Positions 29,552 through 39,124 of a stretch of 64,000 nucleotides of DNA are shown here, one piece after another. Position numbers and translations under genes: made by a program. Each line of letters opens with the position of its first letter. Position 1 is the first letter of the stretch. The notes under the pieces are model-generated. The model was not told where the DNA came from. It was given only the letters and a program-made list of their open reading frames with translations, and did not search any database. The DNA comes from Alphaproteobacteria bacterium (GTDB taxonomy: Bacteria; Pseudomonadota; Alphaproteobacteria; Rs-D84). Location: positions 24,819 through 88,818 of the forward strand of contig JAFXVM010000006.1 of assembly GCA_017524525.1 (NCBI GenBank), given 5' to 3'.

Positions 29552-29559
29552 TCAACAAA

Positions 29560-29590
29560 TAAAACATCCGCCGTTTTGGCGGATTTTTTG
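29560..29590. terminator. bidirectional rho-independent terminator
   Basis: aaaacatccgccgttttggcggattttttg, between convergent genes. Confidence 0.6.
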
Positions 29591-29607
29591 TTAGGCAACA
29601 TCAAATA

Positions 29608-30249
29608 TTATCTTCCGCCATTTGATTTCATGCCTTTCATCCATTGTGTTCTTAATTTTTTTGCCATCTTTGGTGTGACATCGCTTTTGATTTTACCAGA
29701 ACGTTTCATATCAGCAAGCGTATCCACGAAAACAACCCCAGATTTTCCACCCTTTAATGATCTTGTGGTAGATTTTATGCGTTTTTTTGTTTCTTCTATT
29801 TTTTCGTATTGTAAGTACATTGCTTTTATTATCAATTTTTCCTGTTCTTTTGTTTCTGCATAATACAAAGCAGTGTTCCCATCTTCATCCTTTGCATTAG
29901 CATCTGCACCGGCTTCAATCAATAGTTTTGCTTGTTCTGCTGTTTCTGCATTCATCAAAGCAGTGTTCCCATCTTCAGCCCTTGCATTAACATCTGCACC
30001 GGCTGCAATCAATAGTTTTGTTTGTTCTGCTGTGTTTGCATACATCAAAGCTGTGCCGCCGTCACTTGTCTTTGCATTAACATCTGCACCAGCTGCAATC
30101 AACAATTTAGTTTGTTCTGCTGTATGCGCACACATCAAAGCGGTTTTGCCAAATTTATCCCTTGCATTAACATTTGCACCGGCAGACAATGCGCTTCTGG
30201 TTGTTTCAACTCTTTTAGCATTAAGCAACATTTGGTCTACATATGTCAT
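29608..30249 (-). CDS. ankyrin-repeat protein with basic C-terminal tail
   Basis: Four 33-aa ANK units (GxTALMxAxTAEQTKLLIAAGADVNAK...) encoded by near-identical 99-bp tandem DNA units. No signal peptide. Confidence 0.8.
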   Translation of the reverse strand: MTYVDQMLLNAKRVETTRSALSAGANVNARDKFGKTALMCAHTAEQTKLLIAAGADVNAKTSDGGTALMYANTAEQTKLLIAAGADVNARAEDGNTALMNAETAEQAKLLIEAGADANAKDEDGNTALYYAETKEQEKLIIKAMYLQYEKIEETKKRIKSTTRSLKGGKSGVVFVDTLADMKRSGKIKSDVTPKMAKKLRTQWMKGMKSNGGR

Positions 30250-30553
30250 AACTAATCCTTATCTTTTAAATCATCCTTTTTTCTCTTTCGCAAAAGGTAT
30301 ATCAAAAACCACCGTTTAAATCAAGCTATTTTTGCTCCCAAGAGTTTGTTCAGCTACGGCGTGACACTCTATTTTCAGCCCTTGCTGCGCTGCGGCGAAA
30401 AATTGGTGCTTGCATTTTGTAAAAAAACATGTAAAATACGCCTTGCTGGATAGCCAGACCTGAATAATCAGTGGTGTCTTTTGGTCCCATTTGAAATAAG
30501 GCGTCTGTCAAATGTTCGGCACAATAAAAAACCAAAAACTAAAAGGATAAATT

Positions 30554-31186
30554 ATGGCTAGAGCTGGTGCAAAACGCAGCACACGCAAATTAAAGATTGG
30601 ACGTTCTTTGGGCGTTAATCTTTGGGGTCAGGCTAAATCCCCATTTAACAAACGTAAATATAAACCTGGACAACATGGTCCAACTTCTCGCGGGGCTTCA
30701 TCTTCTGATTACGCAAAACAGATGCGCGCTAAACAGACTTTGAAAGGTTATTATGGTAATATCGGCGAAAAGAAATTCCATGCATACTATGCAGAAGCAG
30801 AAAATATGAAAGGCGACGCACCTGAAAACTTGATTGGTTTGTTGGAAAGACGTCTTGATGCTGTGGTGTATCGTTCTAAATTAGCACCAACAGTGTTCTC
30901 TGCTCGTCAATTGGTAAGCCATGGTCACATTTATGTAAACGGTAAACGCGTTAAAATTGCTTCTTATCGTGTAAACCCAGGTGATGTTATCACTGTCAGC
31001 GAAAAAGCAAAACAAATGCCTTTGGTGGTGTTGGCTTTGGAATCTGGCGAACGCAATTTCCCAGATTATATCACAGTAGACAGCAATACTTTCACAGCAA
31101 CATTTACTCGTGTACCTGCATTTGAAGACGTTCCATATCCTGTGCAAATGCAACCTGAATTGGTCGTCGAATTCTATTCTCGTTAA
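30554..31186 (+). CDS. rpsD: 30S ribosomal protein S4
   Basis: MARAGAKRSTRKLKIGRSLGVNLWG...KYKPGQHGP, a typical S4 N-terminus. 210 aa, with an RBS AAAGGA. Confidence 0.9.
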   Translation: MARAGAKRSTRKLKIGRSLGVNLWGQAKSPFNKRKYKPGQHGPTSRGASSSDYAKQMRAKQTLKGYYGNIGEKKFHAYYAEAENMKGDAPENLIGLLERRLDAVVYRSKLAPTVFSARQLVSHGHIYVNGKRVKIASYRVNPGDVITVSEKAKQMPLVVLALESGERNFPDYITVDSNTFTATFTRVPAFEDVPYPVQMQPELVVEFYSR

Positions 31187-31290
31187 TAGTAAATACGCAG
31201 ATTATAAAATCCCGCAATACGCGGGATTTTTTATTGGAAATTTTTATATGAAAGTGTTATTATCGTCTTATAAACAAAAAGGTAATAAAT

Positions 31291-32286
31291 ATGGATGATA
31301 AAATTGTTTTAACTGGGATTAAACCTACTGGAATGCCTCATATTGGAAATTATTTGGGTGCTTTTAAACCTTCTATTGATTTGTCGCAAAATCATAAAAC
31401 ATTTATGTTTATTGCTGATTTGCATGCACTAAACGCCGTTCATGATGCAAAAGTGGTGAAACAACACAGTTATGAAGCCGCTGCTTTTATGATTGCAATG
31501 GGCGTAAATCTTGAAAATACCGCTTTGTTTAGACAATCTGATGTAAACGAAATATATCAATTGACAGAATTTTTAATGAATGTGACACCAAAGGGTTTGA
31601 TGAATCGCGCTCATTCTTACAAGGCTATGGTTGAAAAAAACACAGAGGCAGGCATTGATATTGATTCTGGGGTGAACATGGGATTATATACTTATCCTAT
31701 TTTGATGGCTGCTGATATTTTGTTGTATAATTCTGATCTTGTACCGGTTGGCAAAGACCAAAAACAACATGTTGAATTTGCACGCGATATTGCTGGGTAT
31801 TTTAATAATATTTATGGTGAAACTTTCAAAATGCCTGAACCCGTAATTGGTGAAGATTGCGGAATTATTCCAGGACTAGATGGACGCAAGATGAGCAAAT
31901 CTTATGATAACACTATCCCACTGCTTTGCCCAAGCAATGAATTAAAGAAAAAGATTATGCGCATAATTACCGATTCCAAAACACCAGAAGAACCTAAAAA
32001 TCCAGACGAATCTACGATATTCCAGATATATAAACTGTTTGCAAACAACGATGAAGTTGCGGCATTACGTAAACGCTTTTTGGACGGTGGCTTGGGGTAC
32101 GGAACAGCAAAAACCATATTGTTTGAAAAGATTGATTCCGTGTTATCTGCACCACGCAAGGAATATGAAAGATTGATGGCCAATCCTGCCGAAATTGATA
32201 AAATATTAGAACACGGTGCTGAACAAGCAAAAAGAGTAGCCGCAAAGACAATTACAAAAATAAAAAAGAAAATGTTGGGAATTTGA
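31291..32286 (+). CDS. trpS: tryptophanyl-tRNA synthetase
   Basis: TGMPHIGNYLGA (HIGH-type) and KMSKS present. 331 aa. Confidence 0.85.
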   Translation: MDDKIVLTGIKPTGMPHIGNYLGAFKPSIDLSQNHKTFMFIADLHALNAVHDAKVVKQHSYEAAAFMIAMGVNLENTALFRQSDVNEIYQLTEFLMNVTPKGLMNRAHSYKAMVEKNTEAGIDIDSGVNMGLYTYPILMAADILLYNSDLVPVGKDQKQHVEFARDIAGYFNNIYGETFKMPEPVIGEDCGIIPGLDGRKMSKSYDNTIPLLCPSNELKKKIMRIITDSKTPEEPKNPDESTIFQIYKLFANNDEVAALRKRFLDGGLGYGTAKTILFEKIDSVLSAPRKEYERLMANPAEIDKILEHGAEQAKRVAAKTITKIKKKMLGI

Positions 32287-32305
32287 AAAATAAAAGGAGA
32301 GAGAA

Positions 32306-33028
32306 ATGGATAGAAAAATATATGTTATTTTAGGTTGTTTATTGATTGCAATGGCTTTTGTTGGTATCGCAAAAAAGCCTGAAATACGCACCATTAATGT
32401 AAGTGGCGAATGTTTGACAACCGCACCAAAAGACAGAACTGCGATTACTTTGCGCGTTAAAACACTTGATAAAAACGCTGCTGTGTCTATGAAGAAAGCA
32501 ACTGAAAAAATGGCGGCGATTACTGATTATTTAAAAACTGTTGATGTGCAAATGCAAACAATAGAATTTAATTCTTATGAAAAAACTAAGTGGAATCGCA
32601 CACTGGAACAAGACGAAACATTGGGCGTAGAAACAGTTATCGCGGTCGAAGTTTCTGCAAAAGATACCGAACTTATCGCGTCTATATTGAATAAATACGC
32701 AGGGCAAGAAGATGTTTTCGCAAATAATTTACGTATGTTCACCAGCAGCGAAACTTTGAAACCAATAATGGAAAAATGTTTGGGTGCCGCAGTAGAAGAC
32801 GCACGTGCACGTGCAAACGCACTGGTTGCACCAAAGAACAAGGCTGGTAAATTGTTATCTGTATCTTATGGTAATACTTCTTATCAAGAGCGCCCTTTTG
32901 CTAATTACAGGCTGATGGGCGCCAAAATGGCTGTGGAAGAATCTGCTGCATTTGATACAGGTGGCAGCATTGTCGGCAAAGATACAGAAATCACAGTTAA
33001 TGTATCTGCTACTTTTGAAATAAAATGA
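32306..33028 (+). CDS. periplasmic SIMPL/DUF541-family protein (YggE-like)
   Basis: 240 aa with a signal-anchor; overall resemblance to 26-kDa periplasmic immunogenic protein family. Confidence 0.45.
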   Translation: MDRKIYVILGCLLIAMAFVGIAKKPEIRTINVSGECLTTAPKDRTAITLRVKTLDKNAAVSMKKATEKMAAITDYLKTVDVQMQTIEFNSYEKTKWNRTLEQDETLGVETVIAVEVSAKDTELIASILNKYAGQEDVFANNLRMFTSSETLKPIMEKCLGAAVEDARARANALVAPKNKAGKLLSVSYGNTSYQERPFANYRLMGAKMAVEESAAFDTGGSIVGKDTEITVNVSATFEIK

Positions 33029-33942
33029 ACGAAGTAATTGCTGAATTTATAGACTATCTGTTGAATACGAAAAATTATTCAACACATACTGCATCCGCAT
33101 ACGAAAGCGATATTCGTGATTTTACGAATTTTTTCGCACGTTTTAACGATGGTACAGTCAATTTGGCAGATATTGGCAAATGTGATACTTTTTCTTTTCG
33201 TGGTTGGCTGGCAGATCGTGCAAAACGCGAATTAACACACAAATCTACTGCGCGCGCACTGTCATCGTTGCGAACTTTTTATAAATGGTTGGGACGATAT
33301 AAAAATATTCAAAACGAAGCAATCGGTTTAATATCTTCGCCCAAGGTACCACGCAAACTATCCAAAGCCATCGAAACAACAGATGTTGCTGATATGCATA
33401 GTGCGATTCGGGCAATAGATATGAATGAACCATGGATTGCCGCACGTGATTGGGCTTTGGTGGTTTTGATATTTGGATGCGGTCTGCGTATAAGCGAAGC
33501 ATTGTCATTGAAAAACATAGATGTTATTGGGGCACCAAATTCTTTGCGCATTGTTGGCAAAGGCAACAAAGAACGCATTGTGCCAGTTTTGCCTGCAGTA
33601 AATACAGCAATCGAAAAATATATGAAAATAAATCCTTTTGGTGTGCGTGATAACGATCCGCTGTTTCGCAGCGTGCGCGGACTTCCTATGTCGCCACGCA
33701 TGGCAGAAAAAGTTATTGAAAACTTGCGCCATTATTTACAATTACCAGATTATGTGACACCGCACGCTTTGCGTCATACTTTTGCAACAGCCTTACTCGC
33801 GGGGGGTGCAGATTTGCGCAGTCTGCAAGAATTATTGGGGCATTCATCTTTGTCTACAACCCAATTATACACAAAAGTGAATATGGCAGAAATTATGGAC
33901 GCATATAAACATGCGCATCCGTTGGCTGGTAATGACGATTAA
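33025..33942 (+). CDS. xerC: tyrosine site-specific recombinase XerC/XerD
   Basis: C-terminal RHTFATALLAGGADLRSLQELLGHSSLSTTQLYTKV catalytic region (R..H..R..Y). Confidence 0.8.
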   Translation: MNEVIAEFIDYLLNTKNYSTHTASAYESDIRDFTNFFARFNDGTVNLADIGKCDTFSFRGWLADRAKRELTHKSTARALSSLRTFYKWLGRYKNIQNEAIGLISSPKVPRKLSKAIETTDVADMHSAIRAIDMNEPWIAARDWALVVLIFGCGLRISEALSLKNIDVIGAPNSLRIVGKGNKERIVPVLPAVNTAIEKYMKINPFGVRDNDPLFRSVRGLPMSPRMAEKVIENLRHYLQLPDYVTPHALRHTFATALLAGGADLRSLQELLGHSSLSTTQLYTKVNMAEIMDAYKHAHPLAGNDD

Positions 33943-33943
33943 A

Positions 33944-33975
33944 AAAACCATCCAAAAGGATGGTTTTTTATTTTA
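33944..33975. terminator. bidirectional rho-independent terminator
   Basis: aaaaaaaccatccaaaaggatggtttttt between convergent xerC and csp. Confidence 0.6.
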
Positions 33976-34317
33976 TTTTTTCCAGAAAGCAAATCCTGAA
34001 CGTTTTTCTTTGTGTTCTTCGCGTGATTTTCTTTCTTCGCGAGCACGTCTGCGTTCAGCACGACGTTCGTGGAATCTTTTTGCAGATTCTTCATCTCTTT
34101 GTATTAATTTCAATGTTGTGACAGATAATTTTCCATTACGAACTTCTTCTTCAAATTCAACAATATCGTTTTCATTTAAAAAGCGAATTTCTGCCGCTTT
34201 CAATGCAGAAGAATGGACAAAAACATCATCTTTGTTTCCATCTTCGTTTGGAGTGTCCGGTTCAATAAAACCAAAACATTTTTTACCGTTGTACCATTTA
34301 ACCTTTCCTTGACGCAT
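33973..34317 (-). CDS. cold-shock domain protein with C-terminal Arg/Glu-rich tail
   Basis: MRQGKVKWYNGKKCFGFIEPD...VFVHSSAL, a CspA-type RNP motif, plus a basic low-complexity tail. Confidence 0.75.
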   Translation of the reverse strand: MRQGKVKWYNGKKCFGFIEPDTPNEDGNKDDVFVHSSALKAAEIRFLNENDIVEFEEEVRNGKLSVTTLKLIQRDEESAKRFHERRAERRRAREERKSREEHKEKRSGFAFWKK

Positions 34318-34433
34318 AATAAAATCCTTTCCATGCTTTTGTTATGGTTATTGTATAACCCATCAATAACCTAATTGTATTTTACAGCAAATTAGAAACA
34401 AAACGCAAGTAAATATAATAAGAATAAAAAACA

Positions 34434-35846
34434 TCACTGTTTATTGTAATACCGTTGCAATTCTTTCATTATAAAATTAAAGAATTTCCCAGCCACAGTG
34501 TCCGTTTTAACCGTCCAATCTGTATAAGAATAAGGCATAGCAGACACCAAAATAAATCGCGCCATCCATCTAAAAATTCGCATTTCTTGGTCACGCGTCA
34601 ATTTTGCAGGCGCATTTTGAACATGAAAGACTTCGTTTCGCACAGCAATATCAACTTTGCCCATTATTGCGTCCGTGATTTTTTGCGGATAATACACGGT
34701 AGAAATTTTTGGAAAGCCTTCAAATAACATATCTTCGTTACCGTCGCTGTATAAAATATTCCAACCTATTCTATCAAACAGACTTTCTACATAATCACAA
34801 ATCATGGAATTATACTTCTTTACACCTTCAACGTGTAAAAATTCTGTTGCCTGAGATACAGATGCCACCGTTTTTATTTTCTTTTTGGCTTCGCCAACTC
34901 TTGCCTTTTCGTAAGACACATGCGTTTGGTGTTCAAATTCAAAGAAAGTGCGCACCTGACAAATGATTTCCATAGGAACAACGTTGTCTTTGGTTCCCAT
35001 ATTTAAAATCAATTTTGCATCTCGGTATCCACGTGGGTTTGTTATGTCAAAAAATCTGTCGCGCACAGCGATAATTTTATCTGGCCACATATTAGAAATA
35101 CGCTCAATGAAAGTTCGTGCCTGAGGCACCAAATCAAACAAACATTTAATACGCCATACGTCACCCAATCTGGCATAAGGGGTCCTTATTTTATCCAATG
35201 CACGCACAAGATTAGCCGCTATTTTTTGATGACCTGAACCAATAATTCCAAGCACTGTGACAGAAGCATCTGTGATAAATGTTTTTGAAAATTTGTCCAT
35301 GATTTTATCACGAACCGCTTCTGCTGCTGCCACAGGTTCTGTTTTGATTATGACATTATATGCAGCCTGTGCCACTTCGTTAGTATAATCTTTGTAATAT
35401 TTGCCAGTGACTTTATCTATCGCCCTAGAAACTTTCTTTTGCGCTGCAACAATAACCGTGACAATAGAAGACACAGCCAAATCTATTTTGTGTCCTTGGG
35501 TTGCAACGAAAAACTGATTACGCATGGGGTCGCCATCAAGACGATGATTTACCACATACGGTTCCAAAGGATTAATATCTACAATAGAGATTGGCGTATT
35601 TACTGCGGCATCTTGTTCATAATCATAAACATGCACTGCTGCCTTTGGCGCACCAAAACATTTGCCAATATACAAAAAGACTTCACGAAACCAGTCCATA
35701 GAATTTTCGTAAAGATTCAATAAATATTTATGTGTTGCAGCATCTATGCGACCAGACTTTAATGCGACATCTATGATTTCTTTATTTTTTTCGTCTTGCA
35801 GTCGAGTTGCCAGAAAAACATCTTTGACCTCAGCATTCATCGGCAT
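34434..35846 (-). CDS. hypothetical protein with RelA/SpoT-like nucleotidyltransferase domain
   Basis: DVWRIKCLFDLV...NPRGYRDAKLILNMG...MEIICQVRTFFEFEHQTHVSYEKAR aligns by eye to the (p)ppGpp-synthetase core (D..GR.K....Y.A.PK.NGYQSLH...EIQIRT..MH..AE..H..YK). Confidence 0.4.
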   Translation of the reverse strand: MPMNAEVKDVFLATRLQDEKNKEIIDVALKSGRIDAATHKYLLNLYENSMDWFREVFLYIGKCFGAPKAAVHVYDYEQDAAVNTPISIVDINPLEPYVVNHRLDGDPMRNQFFVATQGHKIDLAVSSIVTVIVAAQKKVSRAIDKVTGKYYKDYTNEVAQAAYNVIIKTEPVAAAEAVRDKIMDKFSKTFITDASVTVLGIIGSGHQKIAANLVRALDKIRTPYARLGDVWRIKCLFDLVPQARTFIERISNMWPDKIIAVRDRFFDITNPRGYRDAKLILNMGTKDNVVPMEIICQVRTFFEFEHQTHVSYEKARVGEAKKKIKTVASVSQATEFLHVEGVKKYNSMICDYVESLFDRIGWNILYSDGNEDMLFEGFPKISTVYYPQKITDAIMGKVDIAVRNEVFHVQNAPAKLTRDQEMRIFRWMARFILVSAMPYSYTDWTVKTDTVAGKFFNFIMKELQRYYNKQ

Positions 35847-35857
35847 AGTAAAACCTT

Positions 35858-37324
35858 TTATTTCATTATTGGAAACAAGATTACATCGCGAGCGGTCGCT
35901 TGGTCAAACACAATCATAGCCAATCTATCAATTCCCAACCCCACACCAGAAATTGGTGGAAAACCGTGTTCCATAGCGCGCACAAAATCATTATCTGGAT
36001 TAAAGGCTTCTTCTTCACCGCCGGCAATATTTTTAGCCTGTTCTTCGAACGCAGCCAATTGATGAATTGGGTTTACCAATTCTGAATAACCTTTGCACAA
36101 TTCACCACCGGCAACCAATAATTGATACATGTCTAATCTGCGATCATCTTCGTTATTATGGCGTGCAAGTGGTACCATATATGTTGGATAGTTATACAAG
36201 AAAGTTGGTTGAACTATCTTGTTGCGGATTTTACGCTTATAGACATAATCTACCAATGTTGGAACAGATTTTAAATCTTCTAATTCATCCATTGGGAACA
36301 TACCTTCGTCAACCAGTTTTTGACGCAATACATTCACATCATCAAATTCCAAAATATCACATCCGAATAATTCATTCATTTTGGCAGTATAATCTATCAT
36401 CTCATATTTAGAAAAATCTAACATTGTGCCTTGGAATTCAATCTGCAAAGTACCACGAGCCTTTTGAATTAATTCTTGAACCATATTCCAAGTAAATTCA
36501 ATGTTTCTTTTGTAATCCCAGTATGCAGCATACCATTCTATCATTGTAAATTCTTGCAAATGCATGGCATCCATACCTTCGTTACGAAAATCTTTGGCAA
36601 CTTCGTAAACACGGTCAAATCCCGCACCAATTGCTTCCTTTAAGAATAATTCAGGCGAAATACGCAATTGAAAATCTGCGTTCAAGGCATTGTGATGCGT
36701 TGTAAATGGTTTAGCTGCCGCACCAGATGCAATATTTTGCATAATTGGTGTTTCTATTTCCAAAAAGCCGTGTCTGTTCATATAATCACGCAAATTTTGT
36801 GTCATTTTAAAACGACCAAGCAAAGCTTCGCGAGATTCTGGATTTGAAATAATATCCAAATATCTTTGACGATAACGCGTTTCCATATCTGTTAAGCCAT
36901 GGAATTTTTCTGGCAATGGACGCAGAGCCTTGGCCAATATATCATAATGAGAAACTTTGACGGTTAATTCCCCAGCAGTAGTGTGGTAAAGCGTACCAGT
37001 AATACCAATAAAATCACCCATGTCCACATTAGCTTTCATAAACTTATAATCTTCTTCGCCTATTTCTTCACGAGACATAGAAAATTGAATTTCGCCTTCA
37101 ATATCATAAATACGACCGAACATTAATTTACCCAACCAACGCAACGCTGTTATACGACCGCACAGTTTAACTTCTGTGCCATCTGCCAATTCACGCGCTT
37201 CACAAATTTTATGAGAACGATCAAATTTATCTTTCCAAACAACCCCATCACGCTTTTTAATATTTTCCGCCTTTTGCAAGCGTGCTTCTAATTCGTTCGT
37301 AGACATATTTGTGTTTTCTGCCAT
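35858..37324 (-). CDS. lysS: lysyl-tRNA synthetase, class II
   Basis: N-terminal OB anticodon-binding region and class II motifs (FRNEG, ...GGELCKGYSELVNP). 488 aa. Confidence 0.85.
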   Translation of the reverse strand: MAENTNMSTNELEARLQKAENIKKRDGVVWKDKFDRSHKICEARELADGTEVKLCGRITALRWLGKLMFGRIYDIEGEIQFSMSREEIGEEDYKFMKANVDMGDFIGITGTLYHTTAGELTVKVSHYDILAKALRPLPEKFHGLTDMETRYRQRYLDIISNPESREALLGRFKMTQNLRDYMNRHGFLEIETPIMQNIASGAAAKPFTTHHNALNADFQLRISPELFLKEAIGAGFDRVYEVAKDFRNEGMDAMHLQEFTMIEWYAAYWDYKRNIEFTWNMVQELIQKARGTLQIEFQGTMLDFSKYEMIDYTAKMNELFGCDILEFDDVNVLRQKLVDEGMFPMDELEDLKSVPTLVDYVYKRKIRNKIVQPTFLYNYPTYMVPLARHNNEDDRRLDMYQLLVAGGELCKGYSELVNPIHQLAAFEEQAKNIAGGEEEAFNPDNDFVRAMEHGFPPISGVGLGIDRLAMIVFDQATARDVILFPIMK

Positions 37325-37497
37325 TTTCGTTTCCTTTTGGTTAGTATAAAAAAACGGACACAGGGAAATGCGTCCGTCAAATCTTAATTGATGGGCCGCA
37401 CCTTTAATTAAAAATACGTTTTATATTCTGTTTCATGTCGACGACCATTATACCAACAAGAATCTAAAAGTAAAGTATTATTTGTTCTTTTGGTTAT

Positions 37498-38607
37498 TTA
37501 CACAGAATATTTTTCAAATATCTTGTTTAATTGGTTGTGGACACGGATAAGCGTGGCACACTTTGACATCTTTTTCACAGATACTGCCCCAATATAAGTG
37601 CAACAAGATGCAATTCCCCCCGTGATATCTTGCAAAGTTTTATTCAATGGTCCCGTATAAGGTATCAACAATTCGCGTCCTTCGGATGTTTTATAATCGC
37701 ACATGCCGCCCGCAAATTTATTATTCGCATATTCAGAAGACATTCCATAATATACTTTGAAATATTTAGTTTCCATTACTGGCGCACCGTTTAATATTTC
37801 GTTTGTTTGATAATGTTTTTCAACTTTGTCGCCTTCGGCTTCGTCTGTGCCAGCAAATATTCCGCCAGCCATAACAAAATCTGAATTCAAACAAAAAGCC
37901 TTGCATATATCGCCAATATCGACAATGCCGCCGTCTGCACAAATATGGCCGTTCACAGAATGAGCAATATCAGCACATTCTAAAATCAAAGAAACCATTG
38001 GCACGCCACAACCCGTTTGTTTACGAGTCAAGCATGCAGAACCACTGCCGATACCGCATTTTATAATATCTGCATAGTCTAATAATTTAAGGCAGATATC
38101 GCCACTGGCGATGTTTCCCGCCATAATTACCGCATCATTAAATTCTTTGCGCGCACGCGACAAAACATCCAAGGCCTTTTGAATATAAAAATTCGGGGCA
38201 TCAATACAAATATTGCGTGGAGATTTCCAATTATATTTGCTTTCTAATTCTTTTAATTTTTTTATTTCATCATCTATGTTCTTTAAACCAATTGTTATAA
38301 ACAAATTGTCTGTTGGAATATTTTCATCACGACAAGATTTTAAAAAGCCCCCTATTTCGTCCACAGTATAATGTTTATGAAGCGTTGCAAACATACCCTT
38401 GACCAATAATTTCTTGGCAACACCAAAATTACCAACCGTTGCCATATTAGCGTTAAAAACGCCCAACCCAGTTCGCGTTTGACCGTGTTTGAATTTAAAT
38501 GTTCGTGTTAAATCTACATCTTTGCGAGAATTTAAATTCATACCCATTTTTGGTCTTATTAAAATATCAGAATAATCCAGATATGTTTCGTGTAAGAACT
38601 GTGTCAT
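37498..38607 (-). CDS. guaC: IMPDH/GMP-reductase family protein (GMP reductase-like)
   Basis: GIGSGSACLTRKQTGCGVP catalytic-loop motif. The start is taken at the ATG at 38607, preceded by AAAGGAG. The ORF-track start is a GTG extension. Confidence 0.6.
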   Translation of the reverse strand: MTQFLHETYLDYSDILIRPKMGMNLNSRKDVDLTRTFKFKHGQTRTGLGVFNANMATVGNFGVAKKLLVKGMFATLHKHYTVDEIGGFLKSCRDENIPTDNLFITIGLKNIDDEIKKLKELESKYNWKSPRNICIDAPNFYIQKALDVLSRARKEFNDAVIMAGNIASGDICLKLLDYADIIKCGIGSGSACLTRKQTGCGVPMVSLILECADIAHSVNGHICADGGIVDIGDICKAFCLNSDFVMAGGIFAGTDEAEGDKVEKHYQTNEILNGAPVMETKYFKVYYGMSSEYANNKFAGGMCDYKTSEGRELLIPYTGPLNKTLQDITGGIASCCTYIGAVSVKKMSKCATLIRVHNQLNKIFEKYSV

Positions 38608-38793
38608 ATAAAAACTCCTTTGGCAGTCAAGATTATAAACAAAAACCACCTATTTATTCAACAAAAAAACCACCTATTTTGGTGGTTGATTTCAAGATAT
38701 TTTTATTTTGCCGATATAAAAATTGGTTAAGTTATCTATAAACTGATTTTTTACTTGCAAAAGTATTTTTTATATGTCAAAATAACCCCACAT

Positions 38794-38870
38794 GCGGGCG
38801 TAGCTCAGTTGGCTAGAGCGCAACCTTGCCAAGGTTGAGGTCGTGGGTTCGAGCCCCATTGCCCGCACCA
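38794..38870 (+). tRNA. tRNA-Gly (anticodon GCC)
   Basis: Acceptor GCGGGCG/TGCCCGC, anticodon loop TTGCCAA, T-loop TTCGAGC, CCA encoded. Confidence 0.9.
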
Positions 38871-39115
38871 AAATTTTAAAACCGTCCATCAAGACGGTTT
38901 TTTTTAATATATCGGGCAATGGGGCGAGTTGCGAGGCGAGGCAACACAGTTGCCGAAGTACATTGCCCGCACCAAAATTTTAAAACCGTCCATCAAGACG
39001 GTTTTTTTAATATATCGGGCAATGGGGCGAGTTGCGAGGCGAGGCAACACAGTTGCCGAAGTACATTGCCCGCACCAGAATTTTAAAACCGCCCGTTTGG
39101 GCGGTTTGATTTTTT
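38857..39115. repeat. tandem ~104-bp units each beginning with the tRNA-Gly 3' end (cattgcccgcacca) and containing a terminator hairpin and an internal inverted repeat
   Basis: cattgcccgcacca occurs at 38857, 38961 and 39064. Units: ...aaaaccgtccatcaagacggttttttt aatatatcgggcaatggggcgagttgcgaggcgaggcaacacagttgccgaagta. Confidence 0.8.
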
Positions 39116-39124
39116 GATTTTCAA

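Noticed and set aside
29873-30319. 148-aa plus-strand ORF with internal amino-acid repeats
   Set aside because: Mirror-strand artefact of the 99-bp tandem ANK repeats in the minus-strand ankyrin gene.
38857-39115. Tandem repeats near tRNA-Gly considered as a possible CRISPR array
   Set aside because: Units are ~104 bp and consist of the tRNA 3' end plus a terminator. They are not 25-40-bp repeats with unique spacers, and there are no cas genes.
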